The position numbers were made by a program, and so were the translations under genes. The notes under the pieces are model-generated. The model ran no database searches. It saw only the letters and a list, made by a program, of their open reading frames with translations, and was not told where the DNA came from. Positions 19,296 through 26,141 of a stretch of 64,000 bases of DNA are shown in pieces. Each line of letters begins with the position of its first letter. Position 1 is the first letter of the stretch. The DNA comes from a virus (lineage: Duplodnaviria > Caudoviricetes): IMG/VR virus record IMGVR_UViG_3300044846_003573; one strand, given 5' to 3'.

Positions 19296-19951
19296 GGTAA
19301 CATATAATTAGTATTCACATGCCAACCCATCCAGTTAAAATCAACAAAAGATTTGTTGTTTGTTATATCCTCAGTTAGACATCCCCATATTAGCTCATCA
19401 ATATGGTGGTCAAACTTATCGTGAAGTATGTCAAGTATTTCATCTTCATCAAATCCATAGTAAACTTCACCATCTAATGTTATTTCCATAGATTTAACTA
19501 ATAAATTAACGTCTATGACAATCATTTCGGCATCAACTTCAATATAAAAGTCTTTAGAAAAACGACCTTCAAGAGTTATTTTTTTACGTTCATATTGGGA
19601 ATCTAATTTAAATGGTTTTCCCACAAGACAACTATTAATTTCATTTAAACTTTTTTGTGGGATATATAAATTATCGCAATCTAAATAATATAAAAATTGT
19701 GGAGCGATGTTAACCTCAGGAAAAAATTTTCTTAACGAATGTATTTCTTCATCAATGTAACCTGAGAGAGCTTCATGGGTGTATGGTAAGTTTTTAGGGT
19801 TTTCTATTGTATAGACAGGTACTTTTTTGTAATGAAATGATTTTTTTTCTTCACCTGTTAAATGCAATGTTATACCATCTGCGTTAATTACAGAAAACAT
19901 TTTAACAACAGTGTCCATTAATCTTTTTAGTTGTAATTCACTAGTGTTCAT
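19286..19951 (-). CDS. hypothetical protein
   Basis: 221-aa ORF convergent with the previous gene. N-terminus MNTSELQLKR. Confidence 0.7.
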   Translation of the reverse strand: MNTSELQLKRLMDTVVKMFSVINADGITLHLTGEEKKSFHYKKVPVYTIENPKNLPYTHEALSGYIDEEIHSLRKFFPEVNIAPQFLYYLDCDNLYIPQKSLNEINSCLVGKPFKLDSQYERKKITLEGRFSKDFYIEVDAEMIVIDVNLLVKSMEITLDGEVYYGFDEDEILDILHDKFDHHIDELIWGCLTEDITNNKSFVDFNWMGWHVNTNYMLPYS

Positions 19952-20006
19952 ATTATGTAAATAGTAATAATTTTATTTAAAATTTGAAACTAAAATGAAA
20001 AAAAAC

Positions 20007-20037
20007 TTGACATAAGAAGAAATTTATAGTACTTTTG
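20007..20037 (+). promoter_or_regulatory. Bacteroidota-type promoter of the tRNA operon
   Basis: TTGA at 20007-20010 and TACTTTTG at 20030-20037. Confidence 0.7.
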
Positions 20038-20065
20038 TAAAACAATTGATATTTAATTAGAAACA

Positions 20066-20179
20066 ATGAAACAGAACTCAACACATAACGTAAGTAATCT
20101 CCCGACAAACGTGGGCCAATCGTGGTTTACGATTAAGGGGCAGGATTGCCGTAAGTTCAGGGTTCTTAATAAGATGTAA
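20066..20179 (+). CDS. putative 37-aa leader peptide of the tRNA operon
   Basis: MKQNSTHNVSNLPTNVGQSWFTIKGQDCRKFRVLNKM*, lying between the promoter and the terminator. Confidence 0.55.
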   Translation: MKQNSTHNVSNLPTNVGQSWFTIKGQDCRKFRVLNKM

Positions 20180-20202
20180 TCGTATCATCAAATATATAAG
20201 GA

Positions 20203-20239
20203 AACCCTGGACTACAAAAAAGTTCAGGGTTTTTTTTTT
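20203..20239 (+). terminator. terminator/attenuator upstream of the tRNA cluster
   Basis: AACCCTGGACT-acaaaaa-AGTTCAGGGTT followed by a T-tract. The 3' arm sequence is duplicated at 20153-20164. Confidence 0.75.
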
Positions 20240-20256
20240 GGGATAAAAGCACATAA

Positions 20257-20310
20257 GGATGTGCGGCTGCTAGACGGCAGAGGGCTTGGGTTCGAATCCC
20301 AGATATTCCA
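20257..20310 (+). ncRNA. degenerate minimal tRNA-like element
   Basis: T-arm tgggTTCGAATccca, imperfect acceptor stem, no anticodon arm. Confidence 0.35.
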
Positions 20311-20338
20311 CAGTGGTTCTTTGACGTATTGGGAAAAT

Positions 20339-20410
20339 GGTGATGTAGCTCAGAGGGAGAGCATCTGATTGTTAATCAGAGGGTCGGGATTTCGAAATTC
20401 CCCATCACCG
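20339..20410 (+). tRNA. trnN: tRNA-Asn(GTT)
   Basis: Cloverleaf; anticodon arm tctga-ttGTTaa-tcaga. Confidence 0.92.
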
Positions 20411-20420
20411 CAAAAATAAT

Positions 20421-20495
20421 GACTTCGTAGCTCAGCTGGTTTAGAGCACCTCACTTTTAATGAGGGAGTCGTGGGTTCGAGTCCCACCGGGGTCA
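20421..20495 (+). tRNA. trnK: tRNA-Lys(TTT)
   Basis: cctca-ctTTTaa-tgagg; T-loop TTCGAGT. Confidence 0.95.
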
Positions 20496-20571
20496 CTTTT
20501 TTAATTAGGTGGTAAAACATACGTTCAGGTGAACTTTACTAATTTTTCTGATATTTATTAATAAATGAATT

Positions 20572-21030
20572 ATGAAATTATCAGGAGTAACAAAAGAACA
20601 AATGTTTGAAGTATTATCTTCATCAAAATCAATGAGAGAAGTTATTCTTTCATTTGGATTACAACCTAATGGTTCCGGGGGATATCGGAACATTAAACGA
20701 AAAATAATGGAACTTGGGTTAGAAATCCCAAAGTATAATTACTTTGGTGAGGGTTCTAAAAAAAGAAGACATAATGATGAAAATGTTTTTTGTGAGAATT
20801 CTCAGTTTCCAAGACAACATCTTAAAAAAAGAATTATTAATAATAAAATAATTGATTATATATGCGAAAAATGTAATAATAGTGGGCAATGGGAGGGAAA
20901 TGATTTATCATTACATTTAGACCATAAGAATGGTATAAATGACGATAATAGAATTGAAAATCTGAGATTTCTTTGTCCTAATTGTCATTCACAAACCCCG
21001 ACATATGCGGGTAAATCAAGGAAAAAATAA
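20572..21030 (+). CDS. HNH homing endonuclease
   Basis: CEKC...LSLHLDHKNGINDDNRIENLRFLCPNCHSQT. Free-standing between tRNA genes. Confidence 0.92.
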   Translation: MKLSGVTKEQMFEVLSSSKSMREVILSFGLQPNGSGGYRNIKRKIMELGLEIPKYNYFGEGSKKRRHNDENVFCENSQFPRQHLKKRIINNKIIDYICEKCNNSGQWEGNDLSLHLDHKNGINDDNRIENLRFLCPNCHSQTPTYAGKSRKK

Positions 21031-21034
21031 ACAC

Positions 21035-21106
21035 ACGTCTGTAGCTCAGGGGCAGAGCACTTCTCTCCAAAAGAAGGTGTCGGGATTTCGAAATTCTCCA
21101 GACGTG
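21035..21106 (+). tRNA. trnW: tRNA-Trp(CCA)
   Basis: cttct-ctCCAaa-agaag. Confidence 0.9.
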
Positions 21107-21112
21107 CAACAA

Positions 21113-21186
21113 GCCTCCATAGCTCAGCAGGTCAGAGCGACTGATTTGTAATCAGTAGGTCGTTGGTTCGATTCCGACTGGAGGCT
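21113..21186 (+). tRNA. trnT: tRNA-Thr(TGT)
   Basis: actga-ttTGTaa-tcagt. Confidence 0.95.
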
Positions 21187-21193
21187 CTAACAT

Positions 21194-21268
21194 TCTCACG
21201 TAGCTCAGTTGGTTTAGAGTTTTTGACTGATATTCAAAAGGTCGTTGGTTCGATTCCAACCGTGAGAA
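21194..21268 (+). tRNA. trnI: tRNA-Ile(GAT)
   Basis: tttga-ctGATat-tcaaa. Confidence 0.9.
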
Positions 21269-21276
21269 CTTAAAAA

Positions 21277-21353
21277 CGAGTAGTTGGGGAGTCCGGTTAC
21301 CCCGCTTGCTTTGGGAGCAAGAGAACTCGCAGGTTCGAATCCTGCCTACTCGA
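21277..21353 (+). tRNA. trnP: tRNA-Pro(TGG)
   Basis: cttgc-ttTGGga-gcaag. Confidence 0.93.
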
Positions 21354-21360
21354 CTATGAT

Positions 21361-21435
21361 GGGGGTGCATGTACCAAGGCTTGGCGAGAAACACTTGCAA
21401 TGTTTCTGAGGTCGTTTCGATTACGACCATCTCCA
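21361..21435 (+). tRNA. trnA: tRNA-Ala(TGC)
   Basis: aaaca-ctTGCaa-tgttt; G3:U70 Ala identity pair present. Confidence 0.88.
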
Positions 21436-21441
21436 CAACTT

Positions 21442-21515
21442 AGCCCCTTAGCTCAGTGGTTTAGAGCGATTGTCTTACAAACAATAGGTCGTGTGTTCGA
21501 TTCACACAGGGGCTA
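21442..21515 (+). tRNA. trnV: tRNA-Val(TAC)
   Basis: attgt-ctTACaa-acaat. Confidence 0.92.
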
Positions 21516-21588
21516 CATTAATCCGGTATAAATCAGTATTATTTTTACCGGAACAACAAAAAAGTTTGTATATTAGCAAACGAAATAT

Positions 21589-21661
21589 GGAGCGGTTACC
21601 AACGTGGTCAAGGTGAACGACTGAAAATCGTTTTATGAGAGTTCGATTCTCTCCCGCTCCA
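21589..21661 (+). tRNA. trnF: tRNA-Phe(GAA)
   Basis: aacga-ctGAAaa-tcgtt. Confidence 0.92.
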
Positions 21662-21818
21662 CGAGGTCCTGAATTGACAGGACAACCCCCACCTCCGATA
21701 TGGCAGTCGGTCCGTTAATCCGACGAAGATGGGGTTTTTAAAAAGTGTCTCGGTACGCTCTGACGAAAGTCAACGACGAGGTCTCGGTGGACAGAAGGCC
21801 TCTGATTCCACCCAAACT

Positions 21819-21894
21819 GCGGGTGTCGTATAACGGCTTATTATGACTGGCTTCCAACCAGTAGACGGGGTTTCGATTACCCCCACCCGCTCCA
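21819..21894 (+). tRNA. trnG: tRNA-Gly(TCC)
   Basis: actgg-ctTCCaa-ccagt; U73 and encoded CCA. Confidence 0.93.
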
Positions 21895-21899
21895 TATAC

Positions 21900-21986
21900 G
21901 GTCACGGCGCATAACGGCTGTTGCGCTACCCTGTCACGGTAGTAAGTAGGTAAACGAAAAAGTGGGTTCGACTCCCATCGTGACCG
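21900..21986 (+). tRNA. trnD: tRNA-Asp(GTC) with abnormally long variable region
   Basis: ctacc-ctGTCac-ggtag; G73; about 19-nt variable region. Confidence 0.8.
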
Positions 21987-22053
21987 CAGGAAAAAAGAAT
22001 ATCACGGGTTCGATTTTAATGAAACCCGTGATATTTATAATAAAAGGAATGAT

Positions 22054-22875
22054 ATGAACAAGTGTTTGAATTGTGGAAAACCAGTGAAAAATAAATACTG
22101 CAATGTTTCTTGTCAAAATACTCATACTTGGACTGGAAAAAAACGGAAAAAAGAAAGTATTGAGAGACAAAAAGAATCTAATAAAAATCTATGGAAAGAA
22201 TTTGATGTTGAATGTTCGGTTTGTGGTAAGGAGTTTAAAATAAAAGAATTTAATGTTGAGTCCCCCAAAAAAGAAAAATACTATTGTGGTAGGTCTTGTG
22301 CAAATAAAAGAGTTTGGGATAGTCAACATAAAGAAAAATTAAGTAATATTTGTAAGAACTCTGATAAGGTAATTAGTGCTAATCGTGAAATTGGTAAAAA
22401 GAAAAAAGAAAAATCAATTAAAATTAAAAAAGGTGATTGTCTTTATTGTGGTGAGGCGTTGTATAAATCAAAAAAATATCATTCGGAATGTTGGTTGAAA
22501 TGTTCAGGGGGTATTAAAGAAGGTACAAGTCGAGGTAAATCAGGATGGTATAAGGGATATTGGTGTGATAGTAGTTATGAGTTGGCTTGGATTATCTATC
22601 AGATAGATAACGGACAAAAATTTGAAAGGAATAAAGAAGGGTTTGACTACACACACTCAAACAAAACTCGTAAATTTTATCCTGATTTTATATTACCTGA
22701 TAAAACTTATGTTGAAATTAAAAATTATAAGTCAGAATTAACTGATGATAAAATAAAACACTTCCCACATAAAATTGAGGTGATTTATAAAGAAGAAATG
22801 AAAGAAAAATATTTACCATACGTTACTTCAAAGTACGGTAAAAATTTTATATCATTATATCATAAAGAGGAGTAA
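22054..22875 (+). CDS. putative homing endonuclease (Cys zinc-binding repeats plus PD-(D/E)xK domain)
   Basis: CLNCG..YCNVSC and CSVCG..YCGRSC repeats; DSSYE..FYPDFILPDKTYVEIK. Confidence 0.8.
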   Translation: MNKCLNCGKPVKNKYCNVSCQNTHTWTGKKRKKESIERQKESNKNLWKEFDVECSVCGKEFKIKEFNVESPKKEKYYCGRSCANKRVWDSQHKEKLSNICKNSDKVISANREIGKKKKEKSIKIKKGDCLYCGEALYKSKKYHSECWLKCSGGIKEGTSRGKSGWYKGYWCDSSYELAWIIYQIDNGQKFERNKEGFDYTHSNKTRKFYPDFILPDKTYVEIKNYKSELTDDKIKHFPHKIEVIYKEEMKEKYLPYVTSKYGKNFISLYHKEE

Positions 22876-22921
22876 CTTGCGTAGGTGCCTCAGGGGACTG
22901 CAGCCCCACTACGCTCCATAT

Positions 22922-22992
22922 TGTCCTGTAGTGAAATGGCATCACACAACATTTTGGATGTTGTATTTCTGGTTCGAGTCCAGACGGGATAA
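22922..22992 (+). tRNA. trnQ: tRNA-Gln(TTG)
   Basis: caaca-ttTTGga-tgttg. Confidence 0.9.
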
Positions 22993-23034
22993 CTATTTTT
23001 TGTTTTATTAATAAACTTACCTTATCTTTGTATT

Positions 23035-23469
23035 ATGAAAAAAGAATTTGTTACATACGAAATTGCTTCGGAACTCAAGAAACTTGGATTTGATGAACCT
23101 TGTTTTGGCAGATATGACGGAAGAGGTAAAAACAAAGGTAAAATTTGGTATGAAATGCCAAATTCAGGACAAGATACTATTCCTGTTGGTGATGTATTAG
23201 CACCACTATACCAACAGGTATTCAGATGGTTTGAAGAGAAGTATTCATACTTTGTGGATGTTAAAACTGACACCACACCAAATGAGATTTTGGGATTTGA
23301 TTATTATATCAAGAGTTGGAAGTTTGGACCAAAATATTTTAATTTCTTCAAAGAAAAGGAAGAAGGTAACATTAAGGTTATCAAGATAATGATTGAGATG
23401 GTGAAGAAAGAGAAACAAAAGGAAGCTCTTATTGAGTTGATGGATAATGATAAAGATTTAGATAAATAA
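23035..23469 (+). CDS. hypothetical protein
   Basis: EFVTYEIASELKKLGFDEPC..APLYQQVFRWFEEK, a pattern common in small phage proteins. Confidence 0.75.
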   Translation: MKKEFVTYEIASELKKLGFDEPCFGRYDGRGKNKGKIWYEMPNSGQDTIPVGDVLAPLYQQVFRWFEEKYSYFVDVKTDTTPNEILGFDYYIKSWKFGPKYFNFFKEKEEGNIKVIKIMIEMVKKEKQKEALIELMDNDKDLDK

Positions 23470-23470
23470 T

Positions 23471-23776
23471 ATGACACAGAAACAACAAGACGCAATTGAT
23501 AACATAATGGACTACTTCAAGTTTGAACAAGTCCGAAAAGTAATGGAAGTGTTGAATTGGGAGTGGGCGGCTTCTGACGAAGGTATTCCAACGGTTCCTG
23601 AATTGAGACAAGAAGCAAGACGATTATTAAAGATGGCGTTTAAAGAAAAAACAGATGTATCAACAGGTGGGTTCCACGTAAGATATGAATCGGACGCTGA
23701 TGGTGGAGAGTTTATTCAATTAATCTTCGCGGTTGAAGAATGGTACGAAGATGTGGAAAAAGATTTGGTTGAATAA
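23471..23776 (+). CDS. hypothetical protein
   Basis: 101-aa ORF. Confidence 0.75.
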   Translation: MTQKQQDAIDNIMDYFKFEQVRKVMEVLNWEWAASDEGIPTVPELRQEARRLLKMAFKEKTDVSTGGFHVRYESDADGGEFIQLIFAVEEWYEDVEKDLVE

Positions 23777-23783
23777 GAAAAAC

Positions 23784-23846
23784 ATGGCATCAGGTATTGT
23801 AATTGGAATCTTCATAGGATGGTTAATATGGGGAAGAGAAGAATAA
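23784..23846 (+). CDS. 20-aa hydrophobic micropeptide MASGIVIGIFIGWLIWGREE
   Basis: Read by hand; a single transmembrane-like helix. Confidence 0.35.
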   Translation: MASGIVIGIFIGWLIWGREE

Positions 23847-23854
23847 AAAAAGAT

Positions 23855-23885
23855 TTGGTGGAATAAGAAAGTTGTTATATCTTTG
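23855..23885 (+). promoter_or_regulatory. Bacteroidota-type promoter, near-duplicated at about 24359-24390
   Basis: gatTTTGgtggaat..N20..TATCTTTGttgaagttc occurs twice. The same -7 box is at 5611, 12152, 14519, 26768, 28449, 29102, 29628, 30930, 35978, 47765, 48802, 51735, 53301 and 57879. Confidence 0.75.
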
Positions 23886-23922
23886 TTGAAGTTCATTAAG
23901 AGATAAATAAAATAATTAGTAT

Positions 23923-24129
23923 ATGCAACATTCGGTAAAAGAAATTGCCAAAAGATACTCAGAATTGTCTGACCTCAGAAAAGATAAAAAAAGATTTGTT
24001 GAATCTAATTTTATCCAATTTGCAAAGGACAATCAACGTAAGTATACCCTTACTGAAAATGGGGATGACTTGATGGTTAGCACTTGGCATTCAAATGACT
24101 TGATTGAAGATTACCGAAAAACGTTGTAA
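23923..24129 (+). CDS. hypothetical protein
   Basis: 68-aa ORF. Confidence 0.65.
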   Translation: MQHSVKEIAKRYSELSDLRKDKKRFVESNFIQFAKDNQRKYTLTENGDDLMVSTWHSNDLIEDYRKTL

Positions 24130-24135
24130 AAAAAT

Positions 24136-24226
24136 AGTCAGGTGGACGTAATGAGGGAGGGACCCAAATCCGTAAGGTTGTCTAATCCGTCAAGAACGGT
24201 ATCCGGTTCGAGTCCGGCCCTGACTA
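24136..24226 (+). ncRNA. tRNA-like RNA, AGTCAGG family copy A
   Basis: Acceptor AGTCAGG/CCTGACT+A, T-arm ccggTTCGAGTccgg, no canonical anticodon arm. Confidence 0.7.
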
Positions 24227-24233
24227 CTAATAT

Positions 24234-24340
24234 GGGTACACTTATGGAAGGTGGAAACAAAACTTGTTAAACAAGAAGTGGGGTTACCGTATGTCTGATG
24301 GCCCCGTCAGATGGTTTGGGTTCGAGTCCCAGTGTATCCA
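24234..24340 (+). ncRNA. tRNA-like RNA with expanded non-canonical core
   Basis: Acceptor GGGTACA/TGTATCC+A, T-arm tgggTTCGAGTccca, 107 nt. Confidence 0.55.
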
Positions 24341-24418
24341 CAAAAAAATAAAAAAAGATTTGGTGGAATGAAAAACTTACCATATCTTTGTTGAAGTTCT
24401 TTGAGAGATTAAAAACAT

Positions 24419-24501
24419 AGTCAGGTGGTGTAAGGGTAGACAAACACACGGTAAGGTACTAGAGACTAATTGAGTAACAGGTTCGAGTCCTGTTCTGACT
24501 A
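24419..24501 (+). ncRNA. tRNA-like RNA, AGTCAGG family copy B
   Basis: AGTCAGG/TCTGACT+A, acaggTTCGAGTcctgt. Confidence 0.7.
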
Positions 24502-24667
24502 CTAAAGTACACACTACGCTACCCATTGACCAGCGTCCCAGGGTGTGTCTTTTACGGTGTTGTTCCCTTGAGAAAGGAATAGTTTATGTTCAGGACAAAG
24601 GGTGTAAAAGTGCATTTTTACCGACTTTCACAACACAGAGGACTTCTCATCCTCAACTATTAGTGAA

Positions 24668-24740
24668 CTTCGGTACCCATACCGCTGACGATGGGCTAAG
24701 TAAGATACAATTCCGTGTTGCGGGGAGTAGAATGCCGAAG
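24668..24740 (+). ncRNA. 73-nt structured RNA motif, copy 1
   Basis: Closing stem cttcggta/tgccgaag with two internal hairpins. Paralogous to 25679-25751. Confidence 0.65.
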
Positions 24741-24755
24741 AGCTGGTAGTAACAT

Positions 24756-24822
24756 AGTCAGGTAACTCAATTGGCAGAGCTCCTAACAAGGAAGATTGCA
24801 GGTTCGAATCCTGTTCTGACTA
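24756..24822 (+). ncRNA. tRNA-like RNA, AGTCAGG family copy C
   Basis: Normal D-arm and T-arm; anticodon arm reduced to tcct-aaca-agga. Confidence 0.7.
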
Positions 24823-25039
24823 CACGTTCTGACTAATCATCAGATAGTATGTCCCATACGATGAGAAATGGTGTGATAACCATAGGGGAGAGTTGAAGGT
24901 TTGTATATATATTACCTTCTAGTTGACTACTAAGGTCGGTAAAACCCATCACGAAGGGGAGCAAGACAGTTTATTCCTAACTCAGCAATGAGGACAGCCA
25001 TAACACCTGTAAGTTGGATAGATAAGGGTGTTTTAATAT

Positions 25040-25065
25040 AGTCAGGTGGCAATTGGTCCTGACTA
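25040..25065 (+). ncRNA. AGTCAGG family copy D (acceptor-only minihelix)
   Basis: AGTCAGG-tggcaattggt-CCTGACT+A. Confidence 0.5.
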
Positions 25066-25080
25066 AAAAATTAAATAAGA

Positions 25081-25185
25081 ATGACACAGGAACAAATAAA
25101 GAATTGGATAGATAGGTGGTCGAAACTAAAACCATCACCACAAAGAGATATGGTAATTAAGATTTGGTCTAGGTTATTGAAATAA
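25081..25185 (+). CDS. 34-aa small protein
   Basis: MTQEQIKNWIDRWSKLKPSPQRDMVIKIWSRLLK*, read by hand. Confidence 0.5.
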   Translation: MTQEQIKNWIDRWSKLKPSPQRDMVIKIWSRLLK

Positions 25186-25190
25186 AATAT

Positions 25191-25271
25191 AGTCAGGTGG
25201 CGAATGGTAACGCAGCTCGCGGTGTACACTATAAAGGGGTGACAATGCAGGTTCAAATCCTGTTCTGACTA
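25191..25271 (+). ncRNA. tRNA-like RNA, AGTCAGG family copy E
   Basis: D-arm gcg-aatggtaa-cgc, T-arm gcaggTTCAAATcctgt, oversized anticodon-position loop. Confidence 0.7.
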
Positions 25272-25488
25272 CAATGAGTAAGAGATACTCAACAGTCTTT
25301 GGTCCAAGACTCATTTAACAATGGACTCGGTTTAGACTGGGAAATGCCGATAGTACCCAGCCGTGGAGTAACGGTCCTGACACACCGCCACGTAGTCTGA
25401 CTTTTTTTAACGGGGATGCCCAGCAGGTTTTTACAAATAGGAAAAAACCGATATGACTACTCACCATAATCTCAGGGTGGGGAACTTT

Positions 25489-25575
25489 GGAAGAGTAAAG
25501 CGTAATTGGTATCGCCCCGGTCTTGAAAACCGGTATCGGGAAACTGATGTGTAGGTTCGAGTCCTATCTCTTCCG
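25489..25575 (+). tRNA. trnS: tRNA-Ser(TGA)
   Basis: ccggt-ctTGAaa-accgg; long variable arm; G73. Confidence 0.93.
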
Positions 25576-25582
25576 CTTATTT

Positions 25583-25665
25583 ACCCCTTTGCTGGAATTG
25601 GTAGTCAGGGTGGTCTTAGAAACCATTGTCTTAAAGACGTGTAGGTTCGACTCCTACAAGGGGTA
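25583..25665 (+). tRNA. trnL: tRNA-Leu(TAG)
   Basis: gtggt-ctTAGaa-accat; variable arm; A73. Confidence 0.92.
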
Positions 25666-25678
25666 CAAAACACATAAA

Positions 25679-25751
25679 CTCAAGTACCCATACTGAGGAC
25701 GGTGGGCTAAGTAATATACAATTCCGTCATGCAGGGAGTAGAATGCTTGAG
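25679..25751 (+). ncRNA. 73-nt structured RNA motif, copy 2
   Basis: Closing stem ctcaagta/tgcttgag, with compensatory changes relative to copy 1. Confidence 0.65.
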
Positions 25752-25767
25752 AGTGTGTTTATTACAC

Positions 25768-25840
25768 GGTGTCTATGGTGTAGAGGCGAGCACGACAGAT
25801 TGTGGTTCTGTTAGCACCAGTTCGAATCTGGTTAGACACA
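25768..25840 (+). tRNA. trnH: tRNA-His(GTG)
   Basis: acaga-ttGTGgt-tctgt; G-1 present; A rather than C at position 73. Confidence 0.88.
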
Positions 25841-25847
25841 CTAACAT

Positions 25848-25935
25848 GGAGAGTAAAGGAGGGTAATGGTGACCCCGACTGTTTGCTAAACAGTAACCCA
25901 TTAAGTTGGGCGTGGTTCGAGTCCACTGCTCTCCG
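25848..25935 (+). tRNA. trnS: tRNA-Ser(GCT)
   Basis: actgt-ttGCTaa-acagt; long variable arm. Confidence 0.92.
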
Positions 25936-25940
25936 CTTTT

Positions 25941-26013
25941 ACCTCCATAGTTTAATGGAAAAACACTAAAATACGGATTTAGAGACGTGGGAGTTCGAGT
26001 CTCTCTGGGGGTA
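25941..26013 (+). tRNA. trnR: tRNA-Arg(ACG)
   Basis: ctaaa-atACGga-tttag. Confidence 0.88.
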
Positions 26014-26022
26014 CTTTAATAA

Positions 26023-26094
26023 GGTCGGATGTCTGAATGGTTTAAGTGGGGTTCTGCAAAAGCCCTTATGTTGGTTCGATTCCAACTCCGACCT
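26023..26094 (+). tRNA. trnC: tRNA-Cys(GCA)
   Basis: gggtt-ctGCAaa-agccc; U73. Confidence 0.92.
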
Positions 26095-26141
26095 CAACTT
26101 TTTTTGACTTTACAAAGTCTAATGTGTATTATTAATTTCGT

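Noticed and set aside
21152-22170. Minus-strand ORFs 21152-21436 and 21934-22170
   Set aside because: They are antisense read-throughs of tRNA genes; strings such as PPVGIEPTT are reverse-complemented T-loops.
22868-22918. Possible tRNA-Cys fragment (ggggactgcagcccc) after the endonuclease gene
   Set aside because: It has no T-arm or proper anticodon loop, and an intact tRNA-Cys exists at 26023. At most it is an insertion remnant.
24267-25256. ORFs 24267-24449, 24543-24749 and 25071-25256
   Set aside because: They overlap tRNA-like or structured RNA elements and lack A-rich initiation context, so they are treated as chance ORFs.
24668-25751. Hammerhead ribozyme reading of the duplicated motif (CTGACGA / CTGAGGA)
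   Set aside because: The CUGANGA-like words are not aligned between copies, sit in a hairpin loop, and have no GAAA or stem II/III arrangement after them.
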